This document shows, one piece after another, positions 41,636-53,007 of a DNA stretch of 64,000 nt (positions are counted from its first letter, which is position 1; each line of letters begins with the position of its first letter). Under the pieces are notes generated by a model, which had not been told where the DNA came from, did no database searches, and saw only the letters and a program-made list of their open reading frames with translations. Both the position numbers and the translations under genes were made by a program. The DNA lies in assembly GCF_001194135.2 (NCBI RefSeq), contig NC_068992.1:44699614-44763613 (forward strand), in the 5' to 3' direction. The stretch comes from Octopus bimaculoides. Lineage: Eukaryota.

Positions 41636-41961
41636 CGAAGGAGTGGCTGTGTTTATCAATCACATTGTTCTAGGTTCAGTCCAACTCCGTGGCATCTTGA
41701 GCAAGTGTCTTCTACCATTGTCTCGGGCCGACCAAAGCCGCGCGAGTCGATTTTGTAGACGGAAATTGAAAGAAGCCCGTCGAATATATGTTTGTGTGTG
41801 TGTGTGTATGCTTGTGTGTCTGTTTGTCCACTTAGCATTGCTTGACAAGCGATTCTGGTGTGTTTATGTCCCCCGTCACTTAGCGGTTCGGCAATGGATC
41901 TGGATAGAATAAGTACTAGTCTTACAAAGAATAAATGCCGTGGTCGATTTGCTCGACTAAA
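41636..41961 (+). mobile_element. SINE family B, near full length
   Basis: gagtggctgtgt (A-box-like), ggttcagtcc (B-box-like), internal (TG)n and tail gtcgatttgctcgact. Confidence 0.92.
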
Positions 41962-43097
41962 TATATATTATTAAATAGGCTGAAGTATTTTAAATCTGAT
42001 TCATAAGTTTGGCAACTATGGTATTTGTACAAAGTATTATTCCGTTCATTCTCTTCCTCTTATGGACATTATATTTTGCATGTTGGGATTCTACTCATTT
42101 TGAATCACGGGTGTTAGCATTTTTCGTGTACATACTGCTTTCTGTTGACGGATAAATCGACAACACTGGCTGAAAAGAAACAAGTGATTACTATCATTTA
42201 TTTATTTATTCTGTCGACCTGGTGGTGATGGAAGCCAAATTTTGCTTTCGATGGTATTTCAACTGCGAACAATGATTCACCGTTCTAGGACTACAAACAT
42301 AAAAATTTGAAGAAGAAACTAGATAGGCTCTTCACTGTTTGAGCCACGACTGGTATCCTAATACAAAAGCGACAATAAGTGGAAAAGCGATCACAAACTG
42401 TTCTCATATTCTAAACTGGTACAGCATTTCCACTCACGTTGATAATAAATTGACAGTTTCTTCGAACGTTCTAAGTTCACATTTTCTATGAAATCACAAA
42501 CATGTTCTTTTATTTTTAAAGTGTACTTTGTGTATTGAGTAGTATTGTTAATTTTTGAGAGTGCAAATGTTAGTAAAATACGGTGTTATAATATTTATGA
42601 TTCTGTTTTGACTTTTTCTGTACCAAACATATTGTATGTTAAGTACATTGTGTTAACAAGATACTTTGAAGTACGAACACGTGCAAATGTTTGCAATATT
42701 TATGTATCATATATATGCATTCAGGTAATTATAATCATATAACTTTGTGTGAATGTGACTGACAAGTGGAAATAGATTAAGATCTGTGTGTTTTACGTAT
42801 CAGATTCCTACACTGTTTGGCGAAGCATGAGTTATATTTTGTATATGTTAACTTCATAGCTAGTGGAGAATGTGTTAGTAGACTTGTAGGGCATATAGAC
42901 ATTCAATATGCGTAAGAAAGGATGAGGTCAGATAATTATTGATAAAGTTTCATAGAAAATATGTGATAGATATGGATACATTTTCTATATATTAAGAGAG
43001 GTACCAATATTTTCAAAGAAGTACCTTATATTGGAAGAAGTACATGAAATTAAGACATCAGTACATGTATTTAAATATCCGTTATTGTAATACCCTT

Positions 43098-44318
43098 CTA
43101 TGTACAATGCAATATTTTTTTCATGTCTTTTCTGAAAATTGGATTCATGAAAGCATATATAGCAGGGTTGGCAACATTATACATAAAATACATATAAAAT
43201 ACAATTTTGTTCTGTGGGAGAACTGCATGCGCCATTAACCAGCCTGGAAGAAATGCTATGACAAATACTAACGTCACAACAAAAAGTACGCCGGCAATTT
43301 TCAGATTTGAAGACTGAGTCCGTTCTTTAACTTTATCGTGTTTTCGCTGAGTCCTCTTTGATGCACCATCTTTTCCATTTTTCACTGTATCTTTCTTTCC
43401 CGCTTTTGTTGCTTCAGTTGCATTATTTTCGCACGTCTCATCTAGAACGGTATCTTGTGTCACAGTAGTAGACGTGGGAGCTGTGTATTTGGTTTTGTTG
43501 CGCCAAGATCTTTTCAGTACAACAAACCTTACAATTAGAGCATAAAGTACAGCAATGATTAGAAAGGAAACCAAAAATAGAAATGAATAAAACTTTTGAT
43601 AAGCTTTGCGTGTTGATTCATTTATGATGATAATGTTAGGGCCACATTCAGCAGAGTAATTGTAAGTATAACTTGGCACAGGAGATGATTTAAGTCTATT
43701 TTCGTATCCAAATAACAAAGTATCGTTGTAGGTTTCAGTTCGTATCTCTAAGCCAACGGTTGTATTATAATCACCTGGTACTTCATACTTCTTATACATA
43801 CCATGCATAAGACTGGTGAAGACGCCAAGGCCGATTGCTGAGAGACCAAGTGTGGAAATAAGGATTTTCGCCCTCTTTACGGTCATCACTCCAAGAAAAG
43901 GATGGCAAATACAAAAGTAACGATCGAATGCGATAGCTACCATAATAAACATTGAAAATGGAACATTCGATGTTATTAAGAAGAAATACATTTTACAAAA
44001 GCCATCATAGACGACCTTGTATTCAAGAGATTCCACTATCACCGTAAACGGAATCACAACCATGCAGGTAAATAAGTCGACAATTGCTAAACTTATTATG
44101 AAGATGTTAGATGTTACTTTCTCTTTCTTATTGGAATAAATATAAACCACAATAGCATTTCCGATGCTTCCAAGAACGGAGAAAGTCAAAAGCTGGAAGA
44201 TTAGCACGTAAACTCGCCACTCGTATTCGCCAGATGAATTGCTAATTGTTGCGACATTCACGTCTGTCTCTTCTGTTCTGTTAGCCATTCCTGGTAGATG
44301 AGTGACTGCATTTTCCAT
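43098..44318 (-). CDS. Class A (rhodopsin-like) GPCR, 406 aa, intronless CDS; peptide-receptor-like orphan (CCK/orexin-receptor-like grade, not assignable by eye)
   Basis: Seven hydrophobic helices with GN (TM1), LAIVD (TM2), Cys atop TM3, DRY, FLP (TM6), NPAIY (TM7) and helix 8 (FMNPIFR); N-glycosylation sequons in the N-terminus and ECL2. The ORF-track start at 44366 is microsatellite-derived; the plausible ATG is at 44318. Confidence 0.95.
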   Translation of the reverse strand: MENAVTHLPGMANRTEETDVNVATISNSSGEYEWRVYVLIFQLLTFSVLGSIGNAIVVYIYSNKKEKVTSNIFIISLAIVDLFTCMVVIPFTVIVESLEYKVVYDGFCKMYFFLITSNVPFSMFIMVAIAFDRYFCICHPFLGVMTVKRAKILISTLGLSAIGLGVFTSLMHGMYKKYEVPGDYNTTVGLEIRTETYNDTLLFGYENRLKSSPVPSYTYNYSAECGPNIIIINESTRKAYQKFYSFLFLVSFLIIAVLYALIVRFVVLKRSWRNKTKYTAPTSTTVTQDTVLDETCENNATEATKAGKKDTVKNGKDGASKRTQRKHDKVKERTQSSNLKIAGVLFVVTLVFVIAFLPGWLMAHAVLPQNKIVFYMYFMYNVANPAIYAFMNPIFRKDMKKILHCT

Positions 44319-44321
44319 CCT

Positions 44322-44358
<37 letters not shown>

Positions 44359-44366
44359 CAAAACAA
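44319..44366 (-). promoter_or_regulatory. 3' splice acceptor with a (CT)n polypyrimidine tract, 1 nt upstream of the GPCR ATG
   Basis: Minus strand reads ttgttttctctctctctctctctctctctctcactctcag|G ATG GAA; the AG is at 44321-44320. Confidence 0.8.
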
Positions 44367-44997
44367 ATTAGAGTAATTAACTCAAGAAAATCGCATAAAA
44401 TAACAGAAACAAAAAGCGAACAAAGCAAAACAAAGGAAAAAATATAAAGTGAAAAATCAATTCCAGCTCGAATTGAAAATTAATAAAATACTTCTAACCA
44501 TCACCATCATCACCACTACCACCAGCACCGACACCACCAACCCATCAAGCCTCCATCACCGCCACCGCGCAAGCAACCACCAACACTACCACGACCACTA
44601 TTACTGAAGGCAATGTAGGACAGATTACCTTAGTCGCTGTGCCAAAAGCCATGCGTTCTAACCAAGCTGCCACTGATTTTCACTTTTATAATTCTAACGT
44701 AGATGAAATAAATACAAACAATGTACTGAAGTTACGTTAACTAGCTATACTTTCAAAATGAGAAATATTCTTACATGTTAAACTTATTGCAAGATTTTCG
44801 ATCTCTTGGTGTTTGAATTTGCCTGACTCCTAATCTAATGTTACAATCCTTTGTATTTAGAGGAGGCCAAGGAGTTAAAACTTAGAACTAAATGTAATTT
44901 ACAAATCGGAGACTGTAATTTCAATGGATGAAAGGCAAAGTCATCCCCGCTAAGCATTTCATCCGCCGTGCCTGCCCACCGCCTTACTAATTATAAA

Positions 44998-45200
44998 TAC
45001 AGTAATCTCTTGACTATCGCGGGTGTTACGTTCCGAACTCCACCGCGATAGGAGAAAATCTGCGACGTATAAACAATACTGTACGGTATTTTTTTTAGTA
45101 TTTTTATAATTTGTATATATTTTATAAATGCAAAGCAACAACACGGAGGGATCGACGTAAGCTTAAATAATAAACCACAATATGGCGAGGGATTACTGTA
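44998..45200. mobile_element. MITE, Tigger/pogo-like (Tc1/mariner superfamily), about 200 bp
   Basis: TA target duplication; TIRs TACAGTAATCTCTTG and CGAGGGATTACTGTA match at 13/15; no coding capacity. Confidence 0.85.
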
Positions 45201-45202
45201 TT

Positions 45203-45411
45203 GGTTTCAAATTTTGGCACAATGCTAGCAATTTCAAGGGAGGAGTTAAGTCGATTACATCGACCCTAGAACTAGTACTTACTTTGTGAACCACGAAAGG
45301 GTGTAAAACAAAGTCAACCACAGCACAATTTGAATTCAGAACGTAAAGACGGTCGAAATGCAGCTAAGCATTTTTACCGGAGTGCTAACGATTCTATCGG
45401 CCCACCGCCTT
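45203..45411 (-). mobile_element. SINE family A, full length
   Basis: Reverse complement of the family A head (aaggcggtgggccgatagaatcgttagcac) through the tail. Confidence 0.88.
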
Positions 45412-46480
45412 ATTAATTAGAAATATTGATAATTAGAATTATTCATTGATATTTAGAAATATTCAAATACAGTTCTGAATTATTTGTATAATTTTAAAGC
45501 TTGATTTAACGAGAAAATTACTACTGATACATTACAAGACAATCTAAGCGATTTTATACCATTTCTTTCAGCGTCACCACTGCAAACTGGATAATTATTA
45601 TATCCAAAATCCGTCGCTTTTATAGAGATTAACTTGGAACATTGAATGAGATTGACGTTTCAAGCACAAAGCAATTATAGAATATAATTATGAGAACAAA
45701 TCGATCAATATTTTATAATTATTAAAGCAATTTTATACCTCGTTTATATATTTTTTAGCCTTCTCACCTATAACACTTAGAAACAACACCCTTGGTTACA
45801 ATTACACCTTTAGAACATTCATCGTCTGGTTCTTTCTAATTTCGTGCTAGAGAATCAGAACTCTTTTGATATAATTGAAAGGACATATTTATGGAGATCA
45901 AATATCGAAGTTTGTTGCAGGACTATTTAGAATATTCCATCTAGGTTTTGTGTATGACAGCACAAATGATAGTTATTCAATTATCATTTCAAAGGTTTCT
46001 CTCGATAATTTGTTCCCGGTGACTAATTTCAACCAAACACAATACCGTAGTTAACATAATTAACAGGAAATTAAACTTATGCAACCGTCCATACATTCCA
46101 TGCGGCAGTAACTGTGAAGAAATACAAAGATGATTTTTTCTTTTGTTTTCAAATAAGCCCAGGTGAACTAACAAAATACATTGTCGCACTTAATTACATC
46201 CCTTTATGTGTGTTGAAACATTGATGAGATTCACTCTGTTATTATACTCTTTCAGGATAATAAAATAGGGACTAATATCGCATTTGTGTCTTCTGATAAT
46301 AGAAGAAAACAGTTTGCAGAGACATTTTGAAGATATTTGGCACAGTAGACTGCTTGGTTAATTTCTTGTTTAACCCTTTTCTGGCTCAGAGATCACAAAA
46401 ATTATTTACTCTGAAGATCGATAAAATAATCTACCTTTACATGTTTGGATATTGAACTGGATCTCAAATAGAACGTTCAA

Positions 46481-46634
46481 ATATCCTTTTCTACTCTGGG
46501 TACAAGGTCCGCGATTTTTGGGGAGGGGGCCAGTCGATTATATCGACCCCAGTACGCAACTGGTGCTTAATTTATCGACACCGAAAGGATGAACGGCAAA
46601 TTCATCCTCGGCGGAATTTGAACTCAGAACGTAG
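46481..46634 (-). mobile_element. SINE family A, 3' two-thirds
   Basis: gtcgattatatcgaccccagtac...ccgaaaggatgaa...ggcggaatttgaactcagaacgt. Confidence 0.9.
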
Positions 46635-46769
46635 ACTTACAAAATAAGAACGTTCGAACATCACCAACAGTGTAACACCAAATTGCGCCCGCACGCGTGT
46701 TGGGTCATACCATCAATAATGCTGTTTTTTTATACCTGTATTTTTTTCCAAAACTAAGAGAAATGGAGT

Positions 46770-46990
46770 TCTTTTTTAATATAACATATACTCTCCTTCA
46801 TTTTCTATAATGCTTTTCCATCTATCTGGTAAACTTGCAATGCCCCTCTGCCAAATTTCACTTGTCCGTGACGAAAAATACTCCTTCAGTAATGTTCTGA
46901 CCTCGTCTACAGGATTCATTTTTTTTTATCCAAATGATTTTGAAGACTGCGGAATAAATGATAATGGGGCAAATTTCGTGTAAAAAAACT
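46770..46990 (-). mobile_element. mariner transposase C-terminal remnant
   Basis: Minus strand reads YHLFRSLQNHLD...GIASLPDRWKSIIENEGEY, a mariner C-terminal signature. Confidence 0.85.
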
Positions 46991-47060
46991 CTAAAATTTC
47001 CTCATCATTACTTGATCTATTCGAAGTTTTTCTGCTTCCTTGTAAATGTTAATATATGAA

Positions 47061-47248
47061 AGTTAGCGGACAAAATGCTTAGCAACTTTTCATCCGTCTT
47101 TATGTTCTGAGTTCAAATGCCGCCGGAATCGACTTTGCCTTTCATGCTTTCGGGGTCGATGAAATAACTGCCAGTTGAGCTATGGGGTCGATTGAATCAG
47201 CTTAGAACCTCCCATGAAATTGCTGGCCTTGTGCCAAAAATTCAAACC
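47061..47248 (+). mobile_element. SINE family A
   Basis: Central domain ttctgagttcaaatgccgccgg...gactttgcctttcat...ggggtcgat. Confidence 0.88.
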
Positions 47249-47423
47249 GATGTATGAAAGTGAATGTACATTCTAATTTGTTGACCGCATTTCAACACCA
47301 GGCTACCCGAAATTTGAGCAACAGGACACGTATCGTTTGAAGCAGAACACCAAAACCTATGCGAAATTTTCGAATACATCCTATAAACCTAAGCAAGGCC
47401 AGATAGTATTACTACTCATTTAC

Positions 47424-47647
47424 AAGGCGGGGTTCTGGCACAATCGTTAGCACACTGGAAAAATTACTTACCAGCATTTCGTCCGTCTTTATACTCTGAG
47501 TTCAAACTCCTCCGTGTCAACTTTGCCTTTCATCCTTTTGGTATCGATAAACTGAGTACCAGTGAAACACTGAGGTCGATGATATCGACTAGTCCCCTCC
47601 CCACCCAAATATCAGGCCTTGTGTTTTTAGTAGAAAGGATTATTAGT
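47424..47647 (+). mobile_element. SINE family A, full length
   Basis: Head aaggcgg...aatcgttagcac through tail caggccttgtg...agtagaaaggattatt. Confidence 0.9.
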
Positions 47648-48346
47648 CGTTTATACATATAGTATTTTCCAAAGCGGAGAGGGGCGGTACCTTACGATAG
47701 TGAAGTATCGAGCACGATACGTTACTTTCTCAACCCTCACATAGGAAAAGGGATTATTCGACTTGGTAAAACATTTTTATTCATATCGATTGATGAAAAT
47801 TGTTTAATTTTGGGGGTTTCACCTTCATTTGTATGAAATCTCTTATGTATGTCAAATGTCTTCATTCACTTACAACTTATTAAAACTTACATTATAGTAA
47901 AAACGAAGTCAATGGCTTTAACATTTCTGTGATTCATATTGCGTATTGAAGTTGCCAATCACATGCTAATCCACTATCATCTCTTCTTACATATTCATAA
48001 CCAATTATAGATCTAATCACGAATTCTAACGCAATTCGACGTTCACTTGAAATAGAAATATTCAGAAAAACCGTCATGTGAACTATCCAACAACCGTTTG
48101 CTTCAATAAACAACATACTTTTACATACTTACAATGACACACGCATATACATATACATGCAATGGGGAAATGAGAAAGAGAAACTGAACTAATTGATAGC
48201 ATTGTAGCTTCCATAATTAGGAAATTAATTATTTTATAGATAACTTGTCACGTGAGTCTTAATTAATCAACCATACTTTAGCTTCTTCAGTACCTTCATT
48301 CATCACAATTCATGCCATCTGGTACAAGCTTCAGAAGACCATTAAC

Positions 48347-48388
<42 letters not shown>

Positions 48389-48727
48389 TTACATGTGTAC
48401 GTCTCCTCGTTTGTGCGTGCATGGGATTGTATTGTGATGCACAGAATTAATTGATTGATTTTACTGTTTCTATTCTTGCATAATTATTTTACATATCTCA
48501 TTAAGTCATAATCTATATTCTACTATGAGTTGTCAGCAATCGTAAAAAACAATTAAGGCTTTTGGTGAGCATTAAAATTATATTTCTGATCTCAGATGAT
48601 TAAATGTGGCTGCGCTGTTTGTTTGGCTCATCTATAATGTTTGTTCGAATTTGTCCGCTTAAAAGGGTAGAGGGAGTTGGGCCCATGATGAGGATGATGA
48701 TGATGATCATCATCATCGTTATTGTAA

Positions 48728-48731
48728 TCAT

Positions 48732-48788
<57 letters not shown>

Positions 48789-48797
48789 TATTATTAT
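48728..48797. repeat. (AAT)n microsatellite
   Basis: Directly visible. Confidence 0.95.
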
Positions 48798-49000
48798 GGA
48801 AGCGAGTTTGCAGGATCGTTAGAAAGCTGGATAAAATGCTTAGCGGCATTTCGTCTACCGCTACTTTCTAGTTCAAATTCCGCCAAGGTCGGCTTTGCCT
48901 TTTATCCTTTCGTGGTCGATAAATTAAGTAGCAGTTGAGTACTGGGGTCAATGTAATCGACTAGTCCTCTTCCCAAAATCTCAGGCATTGTGCCTATAGT
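48798..49000 (+). mobile_element. SINE family A
   Basis: Matches other copies along its length. Confidence 0.88.
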
Positions 49001-49330
49001 GCTGCTGATATGGTCACTTAACACTTCCCCACAAAAATTAGTAAGCTTTTTCTAGTACTTTCTATGTGTACTAAAACTTTGAGATGGTTATGTTTATAGA
49101 CACTATGTCTTATATACGTTATACGTTACAGGGTTTATAGATAAAATACAATATAGCTTCTTAAAACTTCTTATAAACTTCGATATCTTAGCTATGATAG
49201 TTAGTCCCATCTTGCCGAAGATACTCTTAAAAATTTCATAAATTTCCATATTATTATTATTGTTGTTGTTGTTGTTGCTGTAGGTTCGGTCTGGATCTCC
49301 AAGTGGAGAAGAACTGGGGCGCAGTGACAG

Positions 49331-49740
49331 ACAGGGTGGCCACTTTTTAACTACGTTGTTTTTGCTTTGCTTTATGAGATCTGATCCAAGTCTATGCCAG
49401 GGATCCGATGTATCAGCAAAATGAACTTTATTTCTGGTTGTTTTGGAGACATTTTCAAATAAAGCTTTAGTCGTACATTCTGGATTTTTAAGTAAGCATC
49501 ACTTGAGATGGGAAATGTCTCGCGCTGTGACTGTCCGGGACTTGCCTTTATCACTGCGCTCATTCCGATATTTGGGATTTTGTAAATATCTGCGAATTGC
49601 TTTCACATGACCTAGTTTCTTGCTTTTACCTATTTCTTTTATAATCTGGTTCCTCTCATAATCTGTAAGATCTTTTCCAAACCCCATCTTTTGATATCAA
49701 TATTACGACTATTAATTCTGTTCACCTGAAAAAGAAAATT
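49331..49740 (-). mobile_element. Tc1-like remnant (N-terminal HTH region and TIR-like end)
   Basis: MGFGKDLTDYERNQII...AIRRYLQNPKYRNERSDKGKSR resembles a Tc1/Tc3 HTH; CAGGGTGGCCAC TIR-like motif near 49333. Confidence 0.75.
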
Positions 49741-49839
49741 GTTGATCAATACAAAAACTAAAAGCTGCAAATGCTAAATTTTGCATACAAAATTTTCTCC
49801 AAACTCCCTCTGGTAGTTATTTAGAAAATCTGAAAAAAT

Positions 49840-50000
49840 CATCATGGACTATTATCTCGGTTCGCAGTGTATTCGGGAGGCGATATCTAGCTGCACAAAA
49901 GATAGGTCTCTGGGTTTGGAGGGTCTGCCATTCGGGCTTTATACTCATCTGCCAGACTTGTTCGGTGAGCTTTAGGGAGAAATCTACCGCAACTGGCAGC
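49840..50000 (+). mobile_element. L1/Tx1-like RT N-terminal fragment
   Basis: Reads REAISSCTKDRSLGLEGLPFGLYTHLPDLFGEL*GEIYRNWQQ, resembling the KSPGxDGLPxEFY motif. Confidence 0.6.
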
Positions 50001-50076
50001 AGACTAGTCCCCTCCTCCAAAATTTCAGGCCTTGTGCTTATAGTAGAAAGGATTATATTTATTATTATCATTTATA

Positions 50077-50293
50077 AAGGCGGTGAGCTGGGGGAATCGT
50101 TAGCACACTGGACGAAATGCTTTGCGGTATTTCGCTCGTTGTTATGTTCTGAATTCAAATCCCACCGAGGTCAACTTTGTCTTTCATCCTTTCGTAATCG
50201 ATAAAATAAATACCAGTTGAACACTGATGTCGATGCAATCGACTCATCCTCCTCTCCACAAAAATTACTGCCCTTGTGGCAAAATTTTAAACA
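50077..50293 (+). mobile_element. SINE family A, full length, preceded by a second 3' fragment at 50002-50066
   Basis: aaggcggtgagctgg...aatcgttagcac...ttctgaattcaaat...tttcatcctttcg; ends in (ATT)n. Confidence 0.9.
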
Positions 50294-51093
50294 ATTATTA
50301 TTATTATTATTATTATTACAATCGTCATAACAACAATAATGGCAATTCCCTGCAGTATTTGTTCGGGTTTTTAACGTTCTAGGTTCTACTCTTGCCATGG
50401 CATACTTGCGTATCATAGTGTTTTTCACTCCATCACAGTTATTCTTTGGTCAGGTATCTCTTTAAGCATAATTACTACTTTCCATTAATCTGTATTTGAT
50501 CTCGCACGCTAACCTTCGTGCGTAATTGAACGATAATATATAAATGAGTGTCTGTGCATTTGCGTTACTGAAGAGCGAAGCTGTGATGCATGTGCGTAGA
50601 TATTTCTCTCTTGTAAGGCGATCCAATGTTAACATCGGTAGCGAGGACTATGCTCTTGATATGGTATCTTCGTTGATAATGAAATCTTCGTTATTTCCCC
50701 TCCAAGCGCGCGCAAGAAAGAGGGAGAGAGAGGGGGGAAGAGTGTGTGTGAGTGAGTAAGAGAGTTGGGGTGGGAAAGAGGTGAATTTGATACTGGTGGT
50801 ACTTCAGCCCGGCTATAAGGAGCAAGAAGGAATGAAGCTGACCGTTTTGTCACACGCGCTAACATGTGATTTAATAACATGTGATTTAATAATAGTTCAA
50901 CGATCACATGACCAACAATAATTAATTATCACTTTACTTGTCAGTAGGGATATTGTTTAAAACTTTACTGTCAGTAAGTGCTTTAGTAAATCAGGTAAAC
51001 CGTTTTGCTTTTTTAATAGGTATATTCTTGAGAATTCGGTTAATAAAGTACACATTTTATTAACCGAGCACTCATTCCAACGTTCACTTTTAC

Positions 51094-51134
<41 letters not shown>

Positions 51135-51430
51135 NNNNNNNNNNNNNNNNNNNNNNNNNNNNNNNNNNNNNNNNNNNNNNNNNNNNNNNNNNNNNNNNNN
51201 NNNNNNNNNNNNNNNNNNNNNNNNNNNNNNNNNNNNNNNNNNNNNNNNNNNNNNNNNNNNNNNNNNNNNNNNNNNNNNNNNNNNNNNNNNNNNNNNNNNN
51301 NNNNNNNNNNNNNNNNNNNNNNNNNNNNNNNNNNNNNNNNNNNNNNNNNNNNNNNNNNNNNNNNNNNNNNNNNNNNNNNNNNNNNNNNNNNNNNNNNNNN
51401 NNNNNNNNNNNNNNNNNNNNNNNNNNNNNN

Positions 51431-51494
<64 letters not shown>

Positions 51495-52351
51495 GCGGTA
51501 AGAGAGAGGGAAAGAGTGAGGAGGAGGATGGAATTTAACAACATCAAAAATATATCAGCTGCTCATTTAATATGTGAAGTCTGATATTATGCAAACTGTG
51601 GAATCGCATTAAGGAAATGGTGCAAAATTGTCTGCGTCACGCAAATTCCGTGATTGCATGTGTGTCTTACACAACTGTGTTTAATCAGCCAATAGTGGTA
51701 TCATATTCTTGATGGAAATGAAAACTAATATAATATCCCAACCGATTTTGCATGAAGCTTTTGCGATAATGCATGTTATACTAGGAAAGGAGTAACATGA
51801 AATGTATAGAATGACATGTAAATGTACCAAATCAGGTAGAACATTTGAAATAGTGAACTTGATACATGGAGTGTAAATCATTCGCTGAAACGAAGAGACT
51901 TCGCTGACGTCTTGAGGAACAAGTAACATTTCTAATGTTTGAAATGCCTGCTATGAAATTGTTATACTCAGTTATCTTCACTTTATATACATGCACACAT
52001 GTTTGTATGTATGTATGTATGTATGTATGTATGTGTGTGTGTGTAGAAAATCTCTATAAGAGATGAACGTAGCAACTATACTGAGAAGTATCGATACTTG
52101 CCTTCTATATGTATAAATGGCAATTTCTGTCTGTCCCTCTGACTGTTACCATCTTAGTTCCTGAGCCAGCGAACTAATATTCACGAAAGTTTTCATACAT
52201 CTTACACTAACATCTAGTTCAATAATAGGCTGATTGTATTCCAATAAAAGTATATAATGTGCACCCCAGGGGTGTTGGACTAATTATATGAGAAAATGAG
52301 AAGTGTTTCAAAAAGTATTAGTCTGACGGAAAGGCAGTAACAAAGAGTGAT

Positions 52352-52404
<53 letters not shown>

Positions 52405-52968
52405 NNNNNNNNNNNNNNNNNNNNNNNNNNNNNNNNNNNNNNNNNNNNNNNNNNNNNNNNNNNNNNNNNNNNNNNNNNNNNNNNNNNNNNNNNNNNNNNN
52501 NNNNNNNNNNNNNNNNNNNNNNNNNNNNNNNNNNNNNNNNNNNNNNNNNNNNNNNNNNNNNNNNNNNNNNNNNNNNNNNNNNNNNNNNNNNNNNNNNNNN
52601 NNNNNNNNNNNNNNNNNNNNNNNNNNNNNNNNNNNNNNNNNNNNNNNNNNNNNNNNNNNNNNNNNNNNNNNNNNNNNNNNNNNNNNNNNNNNNNNNNNNN
52701 NNNNNNNNNNNNNNNNNNNNNNNNNNNNNNNNNNNNNNNNNNNNNNNNNNNNNNNNNNNNNNNNNNNNNNNNNNNNNNNNNNNNNNNNNNNNNNNNNNNN
52801 NNNNNNNNNNNNNNNNNNNNNNNNNNNNNNNNNNNNNNNNNNNNNNNNNNNNNNNNNNNNNNNNNNNNNNNNNNNNNNNNNNNNNNNNNNNNNNNNNNNN
52901 NNNNNNNNNNNNNNNNNNNNNNNNNNNNNNNNNNNNNNNNNNNNNNNNNNNNNNNNNNNNNNNNNNNN

Positions 52969-53007
<39 letters not shown>

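Noticed and set aside
44319-44366. N-terminal extension MFCFLSLSLSLSLTLR of the GPCR ORF (TTG start)
   Set aside because: It is the (CT)n tract and splice acceptor, so it is better read as intron.
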